64,000 nt of DNA from Candidatus Nomurabacteria bacterium (GCA_029288805.1 JARIGO010000017.1:2884-66883), one strand, 5' to 3'. Shown: positions 8,421 to 17,457, counted from the first letter of the stretch. A program made the numbers and translations. The notes: generated by a model not told the origin, from the sequence alone.

Positions 8421-9740
8421 ATGAACGAAACTGATCAGTCTGCTCCTGGGAAGAAGGAGCGTTTAGGCGTACGAGGATTTCTTAAGCTGTTAGGTCCGGG
8501 GCTTATTACCGGTGCGGCTGATGACGATCCTTCTGGCATTGCGACTTATTCACAAACTGGTGCACAGTTTGGCTTCGGTCAGCTATGGACCAGTCTCTAT
8601 CAAATTCCATTGCTGCTTGCTGTCCAGGAGGCATGCGCCCGTATCGGCGTTGTCACCGGCAAAGGCTTGGCAGGCATCATCAAGAAGCATTACACACGCA
8701 ATATCCTGTACGGCGTAGTGATACTGGTTATCATTGCCAACACTATCAATATCGGTGCAGATATCGGCGCCGTTGCCGCCGCTGCGCAATTAGTCATTCC
8801 GGTACCATTCGTTATTTTGGCAATTGTCACCGCAGTCGTCATTATTCTTTTGGAAGTATTCGTATCGTATAAGGCGTATTCAAAAGTTTTGAAGTGGCTT
8901 GCTATTGCATTGCTTTCATATCCCATCACGGCGCTTATCATTCACGAACCATGGGGACAGATTCTTCGTGCCACTGTTATTCCGCACTTCCAACTGTCAT
9001 TTACATTTCTCTTCATCATCACTGGTGTCTTTGGTACTTCGATTTCTCCATACATGTTCTTTTGGCAGGCTTCAGAGGAAGTGGAAGAGGAGCATGCTGA
9101 AGGCGTGCCTACTACCGCTAGCGGTAAGCCGAAATTGCCTGCAAACTACTTGCGCAATGTTCGTATCGACACCACAGCCGGCATGATTGCTGCCGAAGTG
9201 GCGCAATGGTTTATCATCATCACCACTGCAACAGTGCTGTTCAGTCATGGTGTGACCACTATCAATAGTGCCGCTGATGCTGCAAAGGCATTGCAGCCAT
9301 TGGTAAGCTCATTCCCGCATTCTGGTCTCATTGCAAAAGTTATCTTTGCAATTGGTATTATTGGCCTTGGCTTCCTCGGCATACCAGTGTTGGCAGGATC
9401 ATCAGCATACGCATTGTCCGAAGCTGCAGGGTGGAAAGAAGGCTTGTCAAAGAAATTCCACGAAGCCAAAGGCTTCTACGGCGTCATTATTGTGGGAACA
9501 CTGATCGGCCTGCTTATTAACTTTGTCGGCATCAACCCATTCAAGGCATTGGTCTTCACTGCAGTATTCAATGGCATTGCAGCAGTGCCGCTACTCTTTC
9601 TCATTGCCAAGATCAATGGCAATGCAGCTATCCTAGGAAGTAAAAAAGGCGGAGCGCTTTCACGAACGTTCGTATGGCTGACATTCGGCGTGATGGCATT
9701 GTCCGCAGTAGCATTATTATATACACTGGTATTACATTAG
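8421..9740 (+). CDS. NRAMP-family divalent metal transporter
   Basis: LGPGLITGAADDDPSGIATYSQTGA, GTSISPYMFFWQ and about 11 TM segments. ATG 8421 has TATCAT 6 nt upstream. Confidence 0.92.
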   Translation: MNETDQSAPGKKERLGVRGFLKLLGPGLITGAADDDPSGIATYSQTGAQFGFGQLWTSLYQIPLLLAVQEACARIGVVTGKGLAGIIKKHYTRNILYGVVILVIIANTINIGADIGAVAAAAQLVIPVPFVILAIVTAVVIILLEVFVSYKAYSKVLKWLAIALLSYPITALIIHEPWGQILRATVIPHFQLSFTFLFIITGVFGTSISPYMFFWQASEEVEEEHAEGVPTTASGKPKLPANYLRNVRIDTTAGMIAAEVAQWFIIITTATVLFSHGVTTINSAADAAKALQPLVSSFPHSGLIAKVIFAIGIIGLGFLGIPVLAGSSAYALSEAAGWKEGLSKKFHEAKGFYGVIIVGTLIGLLINFVGINPFKALVFTAVFNGIAAVPLLFLIAKINGNAAILGSKKGGALSRTFVWLTFGVMALSAVALLYTLVLH

Positions 9741-9741
9741 T

Positions 9742-10038
9742 ATGAACACATTCAACAGATTCGGATACGTATTTTTTATCTTTACTTATATCTTCCTGGG
9801 AACATGGCTCTATCAGGGCATATCAGGAAACTACGGTTTTTGTTTGGCAGGGAATAGTAAGGCCAATATTCTTGGATTGCTCTGTGGCCTCAGTGCGCTT
9901 CTGACCATACCGTTTTATATCAATCACCAGCGTTCTACAGTAAAGGCATTTGGCTACTTCACGGTCTGTCTTGGCGTAGCGGTTGTGCTGGTCATCGCGT
10001 ACCGGTATGTCTCTGTTGTGCCAATGTGCCTTCAGTAA
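9742..10038 (+). CDS. Hypothetical membrane protein (3 TM)
   Basis: 98-aa hydrophobic ORF starting 1 nt after the NRAMP stop; followed by hairpin GAGAGCTGCC/GGCAGCTCTC. Confidence 0.65.
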   Translation: MNTFNRFGYVFFIFTYIFLGTWLYQGISGNYGFCLAGNSKANILGLLCGLSALLTIPFYINHQRSTVKAFGYFTVCLGVAVVLVIAYRYVSVVPMCLQ

Positions 10039-10115
10039 AAGTGAGAGCTGCCCGGCAGCTCTCAGACGTTGCAAAAATAACGCTTTATAGTAGAATTGTC
10101 TGACATCTAAATAAC

Positions 10116-10188
10116 GGGCCCTTAGCTCAGCTGGTAGAGCAGTGCTTTTGCAAAGCAAAGGTCAGGAGTTCGAATCTCCTAGGGTCCA
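10116..10188 (+). tRNA. tRNA-Ala(TGC)
   Basis: Acceptor GGGCCCT/AGGGTCC with the G3:U70 Ala determinant, D arm GCTC/GAGC, anticodon loop TTTGCAA, T loop TTCGAAT. Confidence 0.95.
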
Positions 10189-10340
10189 CTATCGTTTCGT
10201 TACTACGAACTCTTATAAACATTGGCTCATAAGGCTTCTTTCAGATTTTTTCCTGTCAAAATATTAAGGGTAGTTCAGGAGATTCGAACTCGGTCTTTTC
10301 GTGTTAAGATAAGGTCAGTAATAGCTTAATTATTTATATT

Positions 10341-10619
10341 ATGATTGACCCAAAAACTATAGATTTGAATCAGGTACCAAAGAAGTTTTGTGACGGAGCT
10401 ATCGGCGGTTTTAATAAGGAAACCTTTATTATTGTGCCAACCTCTGGTACTGAACTTATGCCTCTCATTACTACTCCTCAGATCGCTAAAAGCATTGCTA
10501 TTTGGCTTTTAAATAATGTTCAAGAATATGAGAAACAGTTTGGTGAGATAGATATGATCCCTCCTCAGATACAGAGCCCTATTCAGATCGCTGACCTTAA
10601 TAAGCCTGGAAATAGTTAA
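10341..10619 (+). CDS. DUF3467-like hypothetical protein
   Basis: 92 aa; the pattern TPQIAKSIAIWLLNNVQEYEKQFGEI resembles the DUF3467 C-terminus. Confidence 0.65.
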   Translation: MIDPKTIDLNQVPKKFCDGAIGGFNKETFIIVPTSGTELMPLITTPQIAKSIAIWLLNNVQEYEKQFGEIDMIPPQIQSPIQIADLNKPGNS

Positions 10620-10623
10620 TAAA

Positions 10624-11055
10624 ATGCCTAAGACATCATTAATACAAAATAATAACAAATTCAAAATTAGTTATTTAGTCCTGTGTGATTTCGCGTCTCT
10701 ATCTAATCAGAATAAATTAAATATTATTGGGGCTTTTGAAAATATTTCTGCAACGGAAGTTCCTTCAATGCACCCTCAGTTTTTTATCGCTGGTTCAATT
10801 AAGGTTATTCAGAAAGGTAAGTATGACTTTTCAATAATAATCATTGACAATGATGGTATTGAAATTGCTCAAAAACAGAATTTTCCATATGATTCAGCTG
10901 AAGCCGCGAAAAGCAATAGCCAAGATGACAACATTCTCTTGCTGGTTCAGATAGTAAATTTAAAACTTGAAAAATTTGGTGATTACAAAGTTGTATTAAG
11001 TGCCGATGAAGAAGTTTTGGCGGAAGCTGAATTTCATGTAGTCAAGGCTAAGTAA
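10624..11055 (+). CDS. DUF6941-like beta-sandwich protein
   Basis: LCDFAS...KLNIIGAF...FGDYKVVL pattern. Confidence 0.65.
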   Translation: MPKTSLIQNNNKFKISYLVLCDFASLSNQNKLNIIGAFENISATEVPSMHPQFFIAGSIKVIQKGKYDFSIIIIDNDGIEIAQKQNFPYDSAEAAKSNSQDDNILLLVQIVNLKLEKFGDYKVVLSADEEVLAEAEFHVVKAK

Positions 11056-11063
11056 TTATTTCT

Positions 11064-11726
11064 ATGGCCTCTACTAAGAAAGTTGGCAACCAAAAACCTC
11101 CAACTGTATTGGGAAGTAGTGCCTCAACTTTTTCATCAGCACCAAACATACAGCAGCTTGTCAGCATTGAGGATAAGGTTCCAAACGATAAGGATTGGTA
11201 TATTTTTGTTAACTCTTATCTAAATTTAAGCCTTTATGCTTGCGAATCTATTTTGACTAAAAAATTTACAACAAAAAACAAGGCAGTATTGATTGCTATA
11301 ATTTTTAATATAAAACATAGCTTAGAAATAATAATTAAAGCATTTCAAAAGACATTAAATGAAGAAACCGAAGTCAAATATGGTCATAACATAAAATTGC
11401 TAATTTCTGAGTTTAAGAAAAATATTATTAAAAAGAGCAAGAACACTCCTGAAAAGAAGAAGTCACTAAGCAAAGATATAGGTAAGCTCGAAGATTTTAT
11501 AAATAAATACTACGAGTTAAGTATATTGAACAGTTACCTAAAAGATTGCTTCACTATTTCTGATCCAGAGAATACCTTTTTAAGATATCCGAAGAATTCA
11601 GCATATCTAACAGTAAATTATGACAAGTTATTTAATCAAATGACAAATGCCGATCTGGTTAACATTAAAAAAGATATTGACATGATTGCTGTATTGGTAA
11701 AAAAAATAAAACCAACCCTTCAATAG
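11064..11726 (+). CDS. Hypothetical helical protein, HEPN-like
   Basis: IIFNIKHSLEIIIKA, YGHNIKLL and DPENTFLRYP resemble the E.x.x.K, H-N/D-L and RYP landmarks of HEPN domains. Confidence 0.55.
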   Translation: MASTKKVGNQKPPTVLGSSASTFSSAPNIQQLVSIEDKVPNDKDWYIFVNSYLNLSLYACESILTKKFTTKNKAVLIAIIFNIKHSLEIIIKAFQKTLNEETEVKYGHNIKLLISEFKKNIIKKSKNTPEKKKSLSKDIGKLEDFINKYYELSILNSYLKDCFTISDPENTFLRYPKNSAYLTVNYDKLFNQMTNADLVNIKKDIDMIAVLVKKIKPTLQ

Positions 11727-11894
11727 CCTTTTTATTAATTTTTGATTCGCTTATTCTAAGTTATTCCTATCACATATATCCCTTAAGTTTTTTAAATGGC
11801 CAACAATACTCTGCCAGTACTCCTTTGACTGATATATCTTTTGCTCGTTTTTCAAAACCCCCTTACCGACACTGTTTTTATTATCAGATTGATA

Positions 11895-11950
11895 GTCCAC
11901 AAGCAAAAATCCCTCTCTTAGAAATAAGGAAGGGATTTTTGCTTGTGGAC
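11895..11950. repeat. 20-bp perfect inverted repeat (long hairpin with GAAA loop)
   Basis: GTCCACAAGCAAAAATCCCT (11895-11914) pairs with AGGGATTTTTGCTTGTGGAC (11931-11950); inner CTTA-GAAA-TAAG. Confidence 0.9.
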
Positions 11951-11971
11951 CCGAATTAAACAGTGTCCACG

Positions 11972-12000
11972 ACCTGTACAACATTCTATGTTGTACAGGT
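11972..12000. repeat. 13-bp perfect inverted repeat
   Basis: ACCTGTACAACAT-tct-ATGTTGTACAGGT. Confidence 0.85.
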
Positions 12001-12026
12001 AACTATAAACGTTCTATACTATTTGC

Positions 12027-12758
12027 ATGAGAACACTACAAGAACAACATCCGCTCGTTAAGCTTGGTTTGATTTTGGGCGGAAGCTTTTTGATCGCCGT
12101 TATACTGTCAGCCGTTACCGTTTTTCAAATTCGCGCACAGAACGACACGGTATCAGTAACCGGTTCTGCAAAGATGGAAGTGACATCTGACCAGGCAAAG
12201 TGGACAACCCAAACTGACCGACAAGTTTCAGAAGCAGATCTTAAGCAGGGATACTCAGAGCTGGCTTCTGACCTTACTGCTACCGAAGCTTTCTTCAAAG
12301 CCCAAGGCATCACGAGTGATGAAATAACCGTTACGCCAGTTTCAATGACACAGGTCTATCAGGAAAACCAATCAGCTCCAAAGCTCTATGACCTTACTCA
12401 GACATTCACTATTCAGTCCAACGATGTGAAGAAACTTACCTCAGCTGCAAATAACGTTTCTGACCTGATTAACCAAGGCGTTATCTTCTCAACTGTCTCT
12501 CTTGAATACTATTATTCAAAGCTTGCCGATGCTCGAGTACAACTCTTGTCTCAAGCTATCTCTGATGCAAAGGAGCGAGCAGCGCAGCTCGCAAAAAATT
12601 CTGGACGTGGTGTCGGTACCCTCAAGAGCGCAAACAGCGGGGTAGTGCAAGTGCAGTCATTGAACTCTACTGATGTTTCAGACTACGGTAGTTACGATAC
12701 GTCTCAGATTGAAAAGCAAATCACTGAAACCGTAAAAGCATCATTCTCATTGCGATAA
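12027..12758 (+). CDS. SIMPL (DUF541) domain protein
   Basis: N-terminal TM, TVSVTGSAKMEVTSD, AISDAKERAAQLAK..G..VGTLKSA and a terminal V.ASF. Confidence 0.88.
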   Translation: MRTLQEQHPLVKLGLILGGSFLIAVILSAVTVFQIRAQNDTVSVTGSAKMEVTSDQAKWTTQTDRQVSEADLKQGYSELASDLTATEAFFKAQGITSDEITVTPVSMTQVYQENQSAPKLYDLTQTFTIQSNDVKKLTSAANNVSDLINQGVIFSTVSLEYYYSKLADARVQLLSQAISDAKERAAQLAKNSGRGVGTLKSANSGVVQVQSLNSTDVSDYGSYDTSQIEKQITETVKASFSLR

Positions 12759-12759
12759 C

Positions 12760-13530
12760 ATGAAAAAAGCAGTCGTATCATTTCTTATAGCCATGCTGAG
12801 TGTTACGCTCTTTTCTTCCGCGGCGTTTGCAGCTTCAGCTCTGCCTTCCAATACCGTATGGTACGAACCAGCAAATGCCGCCGTCGGTGTTGCCATCAAT
12901 CTTCATGCCCTGGTTTATAACAACACTAGTAGCACCGTAACAGTGACAGTTGGTTTTAATACCACTAAAGGAACTCTTGCGACCGCGACAGGAGAGATTG
13001 CGCCTCAGGCTGCCAAGACATTGACTGCTGCGTGGAAAATGCCCGCTGCCAGTACTATCATAACCGGTGCTGTTACCAAGGCTGTGGTTACCAGCACTAA
13101 AAAATCTGTTCCCAGTTTGGTGGGAACACTGGGCAGTATTACCGTAGCTCACCTTGGCACAACGACAGAAACAACAGGCGTAGGATTATTTCCTGCAGGA
13201 TTTCCTGGCAGTGCTCAGCTCAACGTATGGCTTGCACCGATTTTTAATTCCATAGAACGTTTTCGTACTACCGAAGCGGCAACCCTTACTACGTTGCGAG
13301 ATACAAGCAAGGCGCAAGTCAGTAAGACTCAGCATAGCACTGTATCGGCTGACTCCACTGCTCCGGCCAGTGACGCATTGAGCAGTACCTTTTCAAACCC
13401 AAGCGTATACTTCAACTACCTCTACAGTAGCGCCTTAGCGCCGGTCTTCTCAAATGCAGCCGTTTTTTACATCGTATTAGTACTTTTGGTTTTGCTAGTT
13501 TTGCGATTTATTGTCAATCTTTTGTTCTAA
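12760..13530 (+). CDS. Hypothetical secreted protein with C-terminal membrane anchor
   Basis: Signal peptide ending AFA, Thr/Ala-rich beta (CARDB/Ig-like) region, C-terminal TM. Confidence 0.75.
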   Translation: MKKAVVSFLIAMLSVTLFSSAAFAASALPSNTVWYEPANAAVGVAINLHALVYNNTSSTVTVTVGFNTTKGTLATATGEIAPQAAKTLTAAWKMPAASTIITGAVTKAVVTSTKKSVPSLVGTLGSITVAHLGTTTETTGVGLFPAGFPGSAQLNVWLAPIFNSIERFRTTEAATLTTLRDTSKAQVSKTQHSTVSADSTAPASDALSSTFSNPSVYFNYLYSSALAPVFSNAAVFYIVLVLLVLLVLRFIVNLLF

Positions 13531-13551
13531 AATATGTGCTAAAATAGCGAC

Positions 13552-13830
13552 ATGATTCGCATTTTTCTAGGCATATTAGTATTGATCGCGGCAGTAGTAT
13601 GGTTCCCGCTGTGGGTTCAAATAGCACTCTTTATAATAGCGATTGTGATAGTGCCATACCGCTTTTTTCTCATAATTCCTGCCATTGTCAGTGATGCATT
13701 ATATGCTTCTGGTTCAGCGCTGAGTATTCGAGCGCATTGGATGATATTGCTCGTATTGGCACTCCTCGGTATTCATTATTTTGTTATGAAAATGCTGCGA
13801 ATTCGCACACTCTATGGTTTGGAAGCGTAA
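13552..13830 (+). CDS. Small membrane protein upstream of mrdA (MreD-like position)
   Basis: Very hydrophobic 92 aa overlapping the PBP2 start. The MreD assignment rests on synteny only. Confidence 0.65.
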   Translation: MIRIFLGILVLIAAVVWFPLWVQIALFIIAIVIVPYRFFLIIPAIVSDALYASGSALSIRAHWMILLVLALLGIHYFVMKMLRIRTLYGLEA

Positions 13831-15511
13831 TACTCGAAAAAAGAAAAAGGGCATAGAGCTCAATCCGGATGAGATCTTGCTCGATGTGAACAACCTGCCC
13901 GCATTCGATCGTCAGCAGTTTGAAGGTCGTATGGAACAACCGTTAGCAAAGCGCTCCTTTGCTTTATTGGTAGTGGTAATGATTTTTGCAGCGTTATTTT
14001 TCGTGGGGCGATTGGGTTATCTGCAAATTGTAAGAACTGCATACTATACACAAAAAAGTGAAAACAATAGTTTGAATCATATTGCGGTCTTTGCTGATAG
14101 GGGTGTAATCTATGATCGCAATGGAGTAGAGCTTGCCTGGAACACTCCCGGCAATGATGTGGCCCCAACATTTCGTAACTATATTACGGATCCTGGTTTC
14201 GCTAACTTATTGGGGTACGTGTCATACCCAGCTAAAGACTCGCGGGGAAACTTTTGGCAGACTCGCGTTATTGGTAAGGATGGCGTGGAAAAACAGTTCG
14301 ATACTGACCTTGCAGGAAAAAACGGAACACAGCTTATCGAAACAAATGTGAATGGCAAGGTTCAGACACAGGGAATCGTCGAGGATCCTGTACAAGGTAA
14401 AAACATCTCGTTATCTATCGATAACCAAGTTCAGGAGACGCTGTACAACGGTATTCAAAGTTTGGCCCAAAGTTCTGGGTATGTGGGAGGTGCCGGGGCA
14501 GTCATGGATATTAAGACCGGTGAGCTCATTGCCATGACCAGTTATCCTGAATATGATGAAAACGTATTGTCTACCGGTAAGGACAAGGCCTTGATCCAGA
14601 GTTACCTTACTGATCCTGCGCGGCCGTTTCTTAATCGCATGACTGACGGTTTGTACACGCCGGGTTCAATCGTGAAGCCGTTCTTTGCATTGGGTGCATT
14701 GCAGCAGGGTATTATCGCTCCTGATACCGTCTTGCATACAACAGGTTCCTTGAAGATTCCTAATCCATACAGTCCAGGAAAATACACGGTCTTTATCGAT
14801 AACGCCAATCACGGAGATGAAGACATGTATAAGGCCATTGCGGTGTCATCTGACGTATACTTCTATGAAATCGGTGGAGGGTTTGGCAATCAGCCGGGTC
14901 TTGGTATCAATAACCTCGATAAGTACGCAAACATGTTTGGCATTGGCCAGAAGACCGGTATAAATTTTTCCGGTGAACTCACGGGTACGGTTCCAAGCAT
15001 TGCCTGGAAGGCAAAGAACTTCCCAAATGATCCATGGCGCATTGGTGACACCTATCACACCTCCATTGGTCAGTATGGTTTCCAAGTTACGCCAATACAA
15101 ATGCTGCGCGCAGTGTCCGGCATTGCTTCTCGAGGCACATTGGTAACGCCATCTATTCTTAAGAGTGTTGACGGCAAGCCTATTGGTGCGACCCAGGTCT
15201 CACCTCAGTTCACGAGCGCTGATTACGATGTCATCTTTAAGGCTATGGGGATGGACGTCAGCGACCCAGAAGGTACTGCGACAAATTTGGCTGATCCTAA
15301 TATTCCGGTAGCGGCAAAGACTGGTACGGCGCAAATCAATGGCAATACGCGCGTGAATTCATGGATTGAAGGATTCTTTCCACTGAATGATCCTAAGTAT
15401 GCTTTTATTGTTTTAATGGAGAACGGGCCGATCGTTTCCAGTGGTGCCAAGTATGCCATTAAGCCTGTTATTAGCCTGTATTCTGCCAACCCAAAGCTTT
15501 TGACCGAGTAA
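13814..15511 (+). CDS. mrdA: Class B penicillin-binding protein 2
   Basis: TM anchor, RGVIYDRNG dimerisation motif, and catalytic SIVK, SSD and KTGT. Confidence 0.88.
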   Translation: MVWKRNTRKKKKGIELNPDEILLDVNNLPAFDRQQFEGRMEQPLAKRSFALLVVVMIFAALFFVGRLGYLQIVRTAYYTQKSENNSLNHIAVFADRGVIYDRNGVELAWNTPGNDVAPTFRNYITDPGFANLLGYVSYPAKDSRGNFWQTRVIGKDGVEKQFDTDLAGKNGTQLIETNVNGKVQTQGIVEDPVQGKNISLSIDNQVQETLYNGIQSLAQSSGYVGGAGAVMDIKTGELIAMTSYPEYDENVLSTGKDKALIQSYLTDPARPFLNRMTDGLYTPGSIVKPFFALGALQQGIIAPDTVLHTTGSLKIPNPYSPGKYTVFIDNANHGDEDMYKAIAVSSDVYFYEIGGGFGNQPGLGINNLDKYANMFGIGQKTGINFSGELTGTVPSIAWKAKNFPNDPWRIGDTYHTSIGQYGFQVTPIQMLRAVSGIASRGTLVTPSILKSVDGKPIGATQVSPQFTSADYDVIFKAMGMDVSDPEGTATNLADPNIPVAAKTGTAQINGNTRVNSWIEGFFPLNDPKYAFIVLMENGPIVSSGAKYAIKPVISLYSANPKLLTE

Positions 15512-15537
15512 AAAAAAGATAGTATAGTAGGTCATCC

Positions 15538-15996
15538 ATGAAGGAATATCTAACAAAAGAAAATAAAGAAGCCCTTGAAGCGGAGCTCAAAGAGCTTACC
15601 GGTCCAAAGCGCAAGGAGATTATTGATGCACTTGAATATGCCAAGTCACTTGGTGACCTTTCTGAAAATGCGGAGTATCACATCGCACGCGAAGAGCAGG
15701 GCAAGCTTCAGGAACGCATCAGCACTATCGAACATGTTTTGAAAAATGCCATCGTTGTTGACCGTCCATCAGACGGTACGGTTGATGTCGGCTCTACAGT
15801 TATTATCCAAAAAGACGGAGAGAGTAATACTCGTACATTCGTAATCGTTGGTAGTGAAGAAACAGACATGTTGTCTGGAAAAATTTCCTACAAGTCTCCA
15901 ATTGGCAGTGCGCTGCACGGCAAGAAAAAAGGCGACTGGGTCACCGTTACCACACCAAAAGGTGATATGGCGTACGAGATCATTAGTGTTGAATAA
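15538..15996 (+). CDS. greA: Transcription elongation factor GreA
   Basis: GDLSENAEYH and ISYKSPIGSAL.GKKKGD. Confidence 0.97.
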   Translation: MKEYLTKENKEALEAELKELTGPKRKEIIDALEYAKSLGDLSENAEYHIAREEQGKLQERISTIEHVLKNAIVVDRPSDGTVDVGSTVIIQKDGESNTRTFVIVGSEETDMLSGKISYKSPIGSALHGKKKGDWVTVTTPKGDMAYEIISVE

Positions 15997-16020
15997 ACTA
16001 TTTAAATAAAAGGTATTTTT

Positions 16021-16054
16021 AAAAAATCAGGAGGTCCGACCTCCTGATTTTTTT
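16021..16054 (+). terminator. Intrinsic terminator after greA
   Basis: AAAAAATCAGGAGG-tccga-CCTCCTGATTTTTTT. Confidence 0.8.
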
Positions 16055-16061
16055 ATCGTGT

Positions 16062-16070
16062 TTATCCACA
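16062..16070 (+). promoter_or_regulatory. Consensus DnaA box
   Basis: TTATCCACA, single copy, just upstream of the mraZ promoter. Confidence 0.45.
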
Positions 16071-16096
16071 CAAATAGTTTGCGGCAGGGGAACAAA

Positions 16097-16130
16097 GTGG
16101 AGTATAATGGGACTAAGTGGGACAGAGTGG
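16097..16130 (+). promoter_or_regulatory. MraZ operator repeats overlapping the -10 box
   Basis: GTGG/ATGG/GTGG/GTGG at exact 10-bp spacing (16097, 16107, 16117, 16127), with TATAAT at 16103-16108. Confidence 0.8.
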
Positions 16131-16144
16131 TAAATGTAAGAAAT

Positions 16145-16579
16145 ATGTTAATCGGCGAATATACACACAACATTGATGAGAAAAACAGACTGTCGCTTCC
16201 AGTTAAGTTCCGCAAGGAAATGGGGAAGTCAGTAGTTATTGCTCCTGGATTGGAACAGTCATTATTTGTGTTTACTGCAGCTGAATGGAAGAAAAAAGCC
16301 GAACAGTTGGCGGAAGGTTCCATGTTACAGTCAGATACTCGTAGCTTTAGCCGTTACTTTCTCGGTGGGGCAACTGAAGTATCAGTAGACGCAAACGGCC
16401 GTATCCTATTGCCTGACTTCTTGAAAGACAGAGCAGGTATCAAGGATAAAGTTGCTGTCATTGGCGTGTATAGCCGCCTCGAACTCTGGGATGAATCTAC
16501 ATGGCAGAAATACAAGCGCCAGGTAGAGGCAAACGCAGACACATTAGCAGAACGACTTGGCTCTATAGGCGTTCTCTAA
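16145..16579 (+). CDS. mraZ: Division/cell wall cluster repressor MraZ
   Basis: MLIGEYTHNIDEKNRLSLPVKFR, DANGRILLP and RLELWD. Confidence 0.96.
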   Translation: MLIGEYTHNIDEKNRLSLPVKFRKEMGKSVVIAPGLEQSLFVFTAAEWKKKAEQLAEGSMLQSDTRSFSRYFLGGATEVSVDANGRILLPDFLKDRAGIKDKVAVIGVYSRLELWDESTWQKYKRQVEANADTLAERLGSIGVL

Positions 16580-16580
16580 T

Positions 16581-17453
16581 ATGGAAAGTTTGCATGTTCC
16601 CGTTCTTTTACACGAATCTGTCAATTCTCTCGAGCTTGCTCCCGGTGATATTGTTGTGGACGGTACCTTTGGTGGTGGCGGGCATAGCACTGTCATTGCG
16701 CAGCAGCTCGGTACGAAAGGAACTCTTATTTGCGTTGATCTTGATGAAGCCGCTGAACAGCGTTTTCATGAGAAATTTGCCACTGCTCAGAACGTAGTCT
16801 TCGTGCATGCAAACTTCAAGGATGCTTCATACATTCTCGAACAGGCACACGTCACTACCGTGAACAAAGTTCTGCTTGATCTCGGCACTAGCGTATTTCA
16901 GCTGCTTGCTGATACTCGCGGTTTTTCATTCAACAGTGACGCTCCGCTGACCATGACATTCTCTGAACATGGTTCACATACTGGCTTTACCGCTAATGAC
17001 ATTGTGAATGCCTGGGCGGAAGAATCCATTGCCAACATCATCTACGGATACGGAGAGGAAACGAAGTCACGCAGAATCGCCAAGGCTATCGTAGAGGCTC
17101 GAAAGCTTGCGCCGATCACGACATCTAAACAGCTTGCTGACGTGATCGCCGCAGCAGTACCTCGTCACGGTCGCATTCATCCTGCCACCAAGACGTTCCA
17201 AGCCCTGCGCATTGCCGCTAATGATGAGCTGGGAACGCTGACCACCGCTATGGAAGCCTGGTGGGACAAGCTTTCTCCGGGCGGCAGACTCAGTATCATC
17301 ACCTTTCACAGTCTCGAAGACAGAATCGTCAAACAATGGATGAAAGCTCAAACTGGACACATTATCACCAAAAAACCTATTGCTCCCTCATTACAAGAAA
17401 TAAAAACTAATCCTCGATCACGAAGCGCAAAGCTCCGTACAATCGAAAAATAA
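16581..17453 (+). CDS. rsmH: 16S rRNA m4C1402 methyltransferase
   Basis: HVPVLL, DGTFGGGGHS, HPATKTFQALRI, TFHSLEDRIVK and NPRSRSAKLR. Confidence 0.97.
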   Translation: MESLHVPVLLHESVNSLELAPGDIVVDGTFGGGGHSTVIAQQLGTKGTLICVDLDEAAEQRFHEKFATAQNVVFVHANFKDASYILEQAHVTTVNKVLLDLGTSVFQLLADTRGFSFNSDAPLTMTFSEHGSHTGFTANDIVNAWAEESIANIIYGYGEETKSRRIAKAIVEARKLAPITTSKQLADVIAAAVPRHGRIHPATKTFQALRIAANDELGTLTTAMEAWWDKLSPGGRLSIITFHSLEDRIVKQWMKAQTGHIITKKPIAPSLQEIKTNPRSRSAKLRTIEK

Positions 17454-17457
17454 CAAC

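Larger units (their letters stand above)
10184..11900. mobile_element. AT-rich tRNA-Ala-anchored islet (no recombinase retained)
   Basis: Sharp AT enrichment, three co-directional foreign-looking genes, and GTCCAC repeated at the tRNA 3' end (10184-10189) and at 11895-11900. Confidence 0.55.

Noticed and set aside
11751..11984. 77-aa minus-strand ORF as an independent gene
   Set aside because: Its 5' half is made of two hairpins and the putative att core. Only the distal part is kept, as a possible recombinase tail.
16000..16144. Replication origin at the DnaA box
   Set aside because: Only one box in a 148-bp gap otherwise filled by a terminator and the mraZ promoter; dnaA and dnaN are not nearby.
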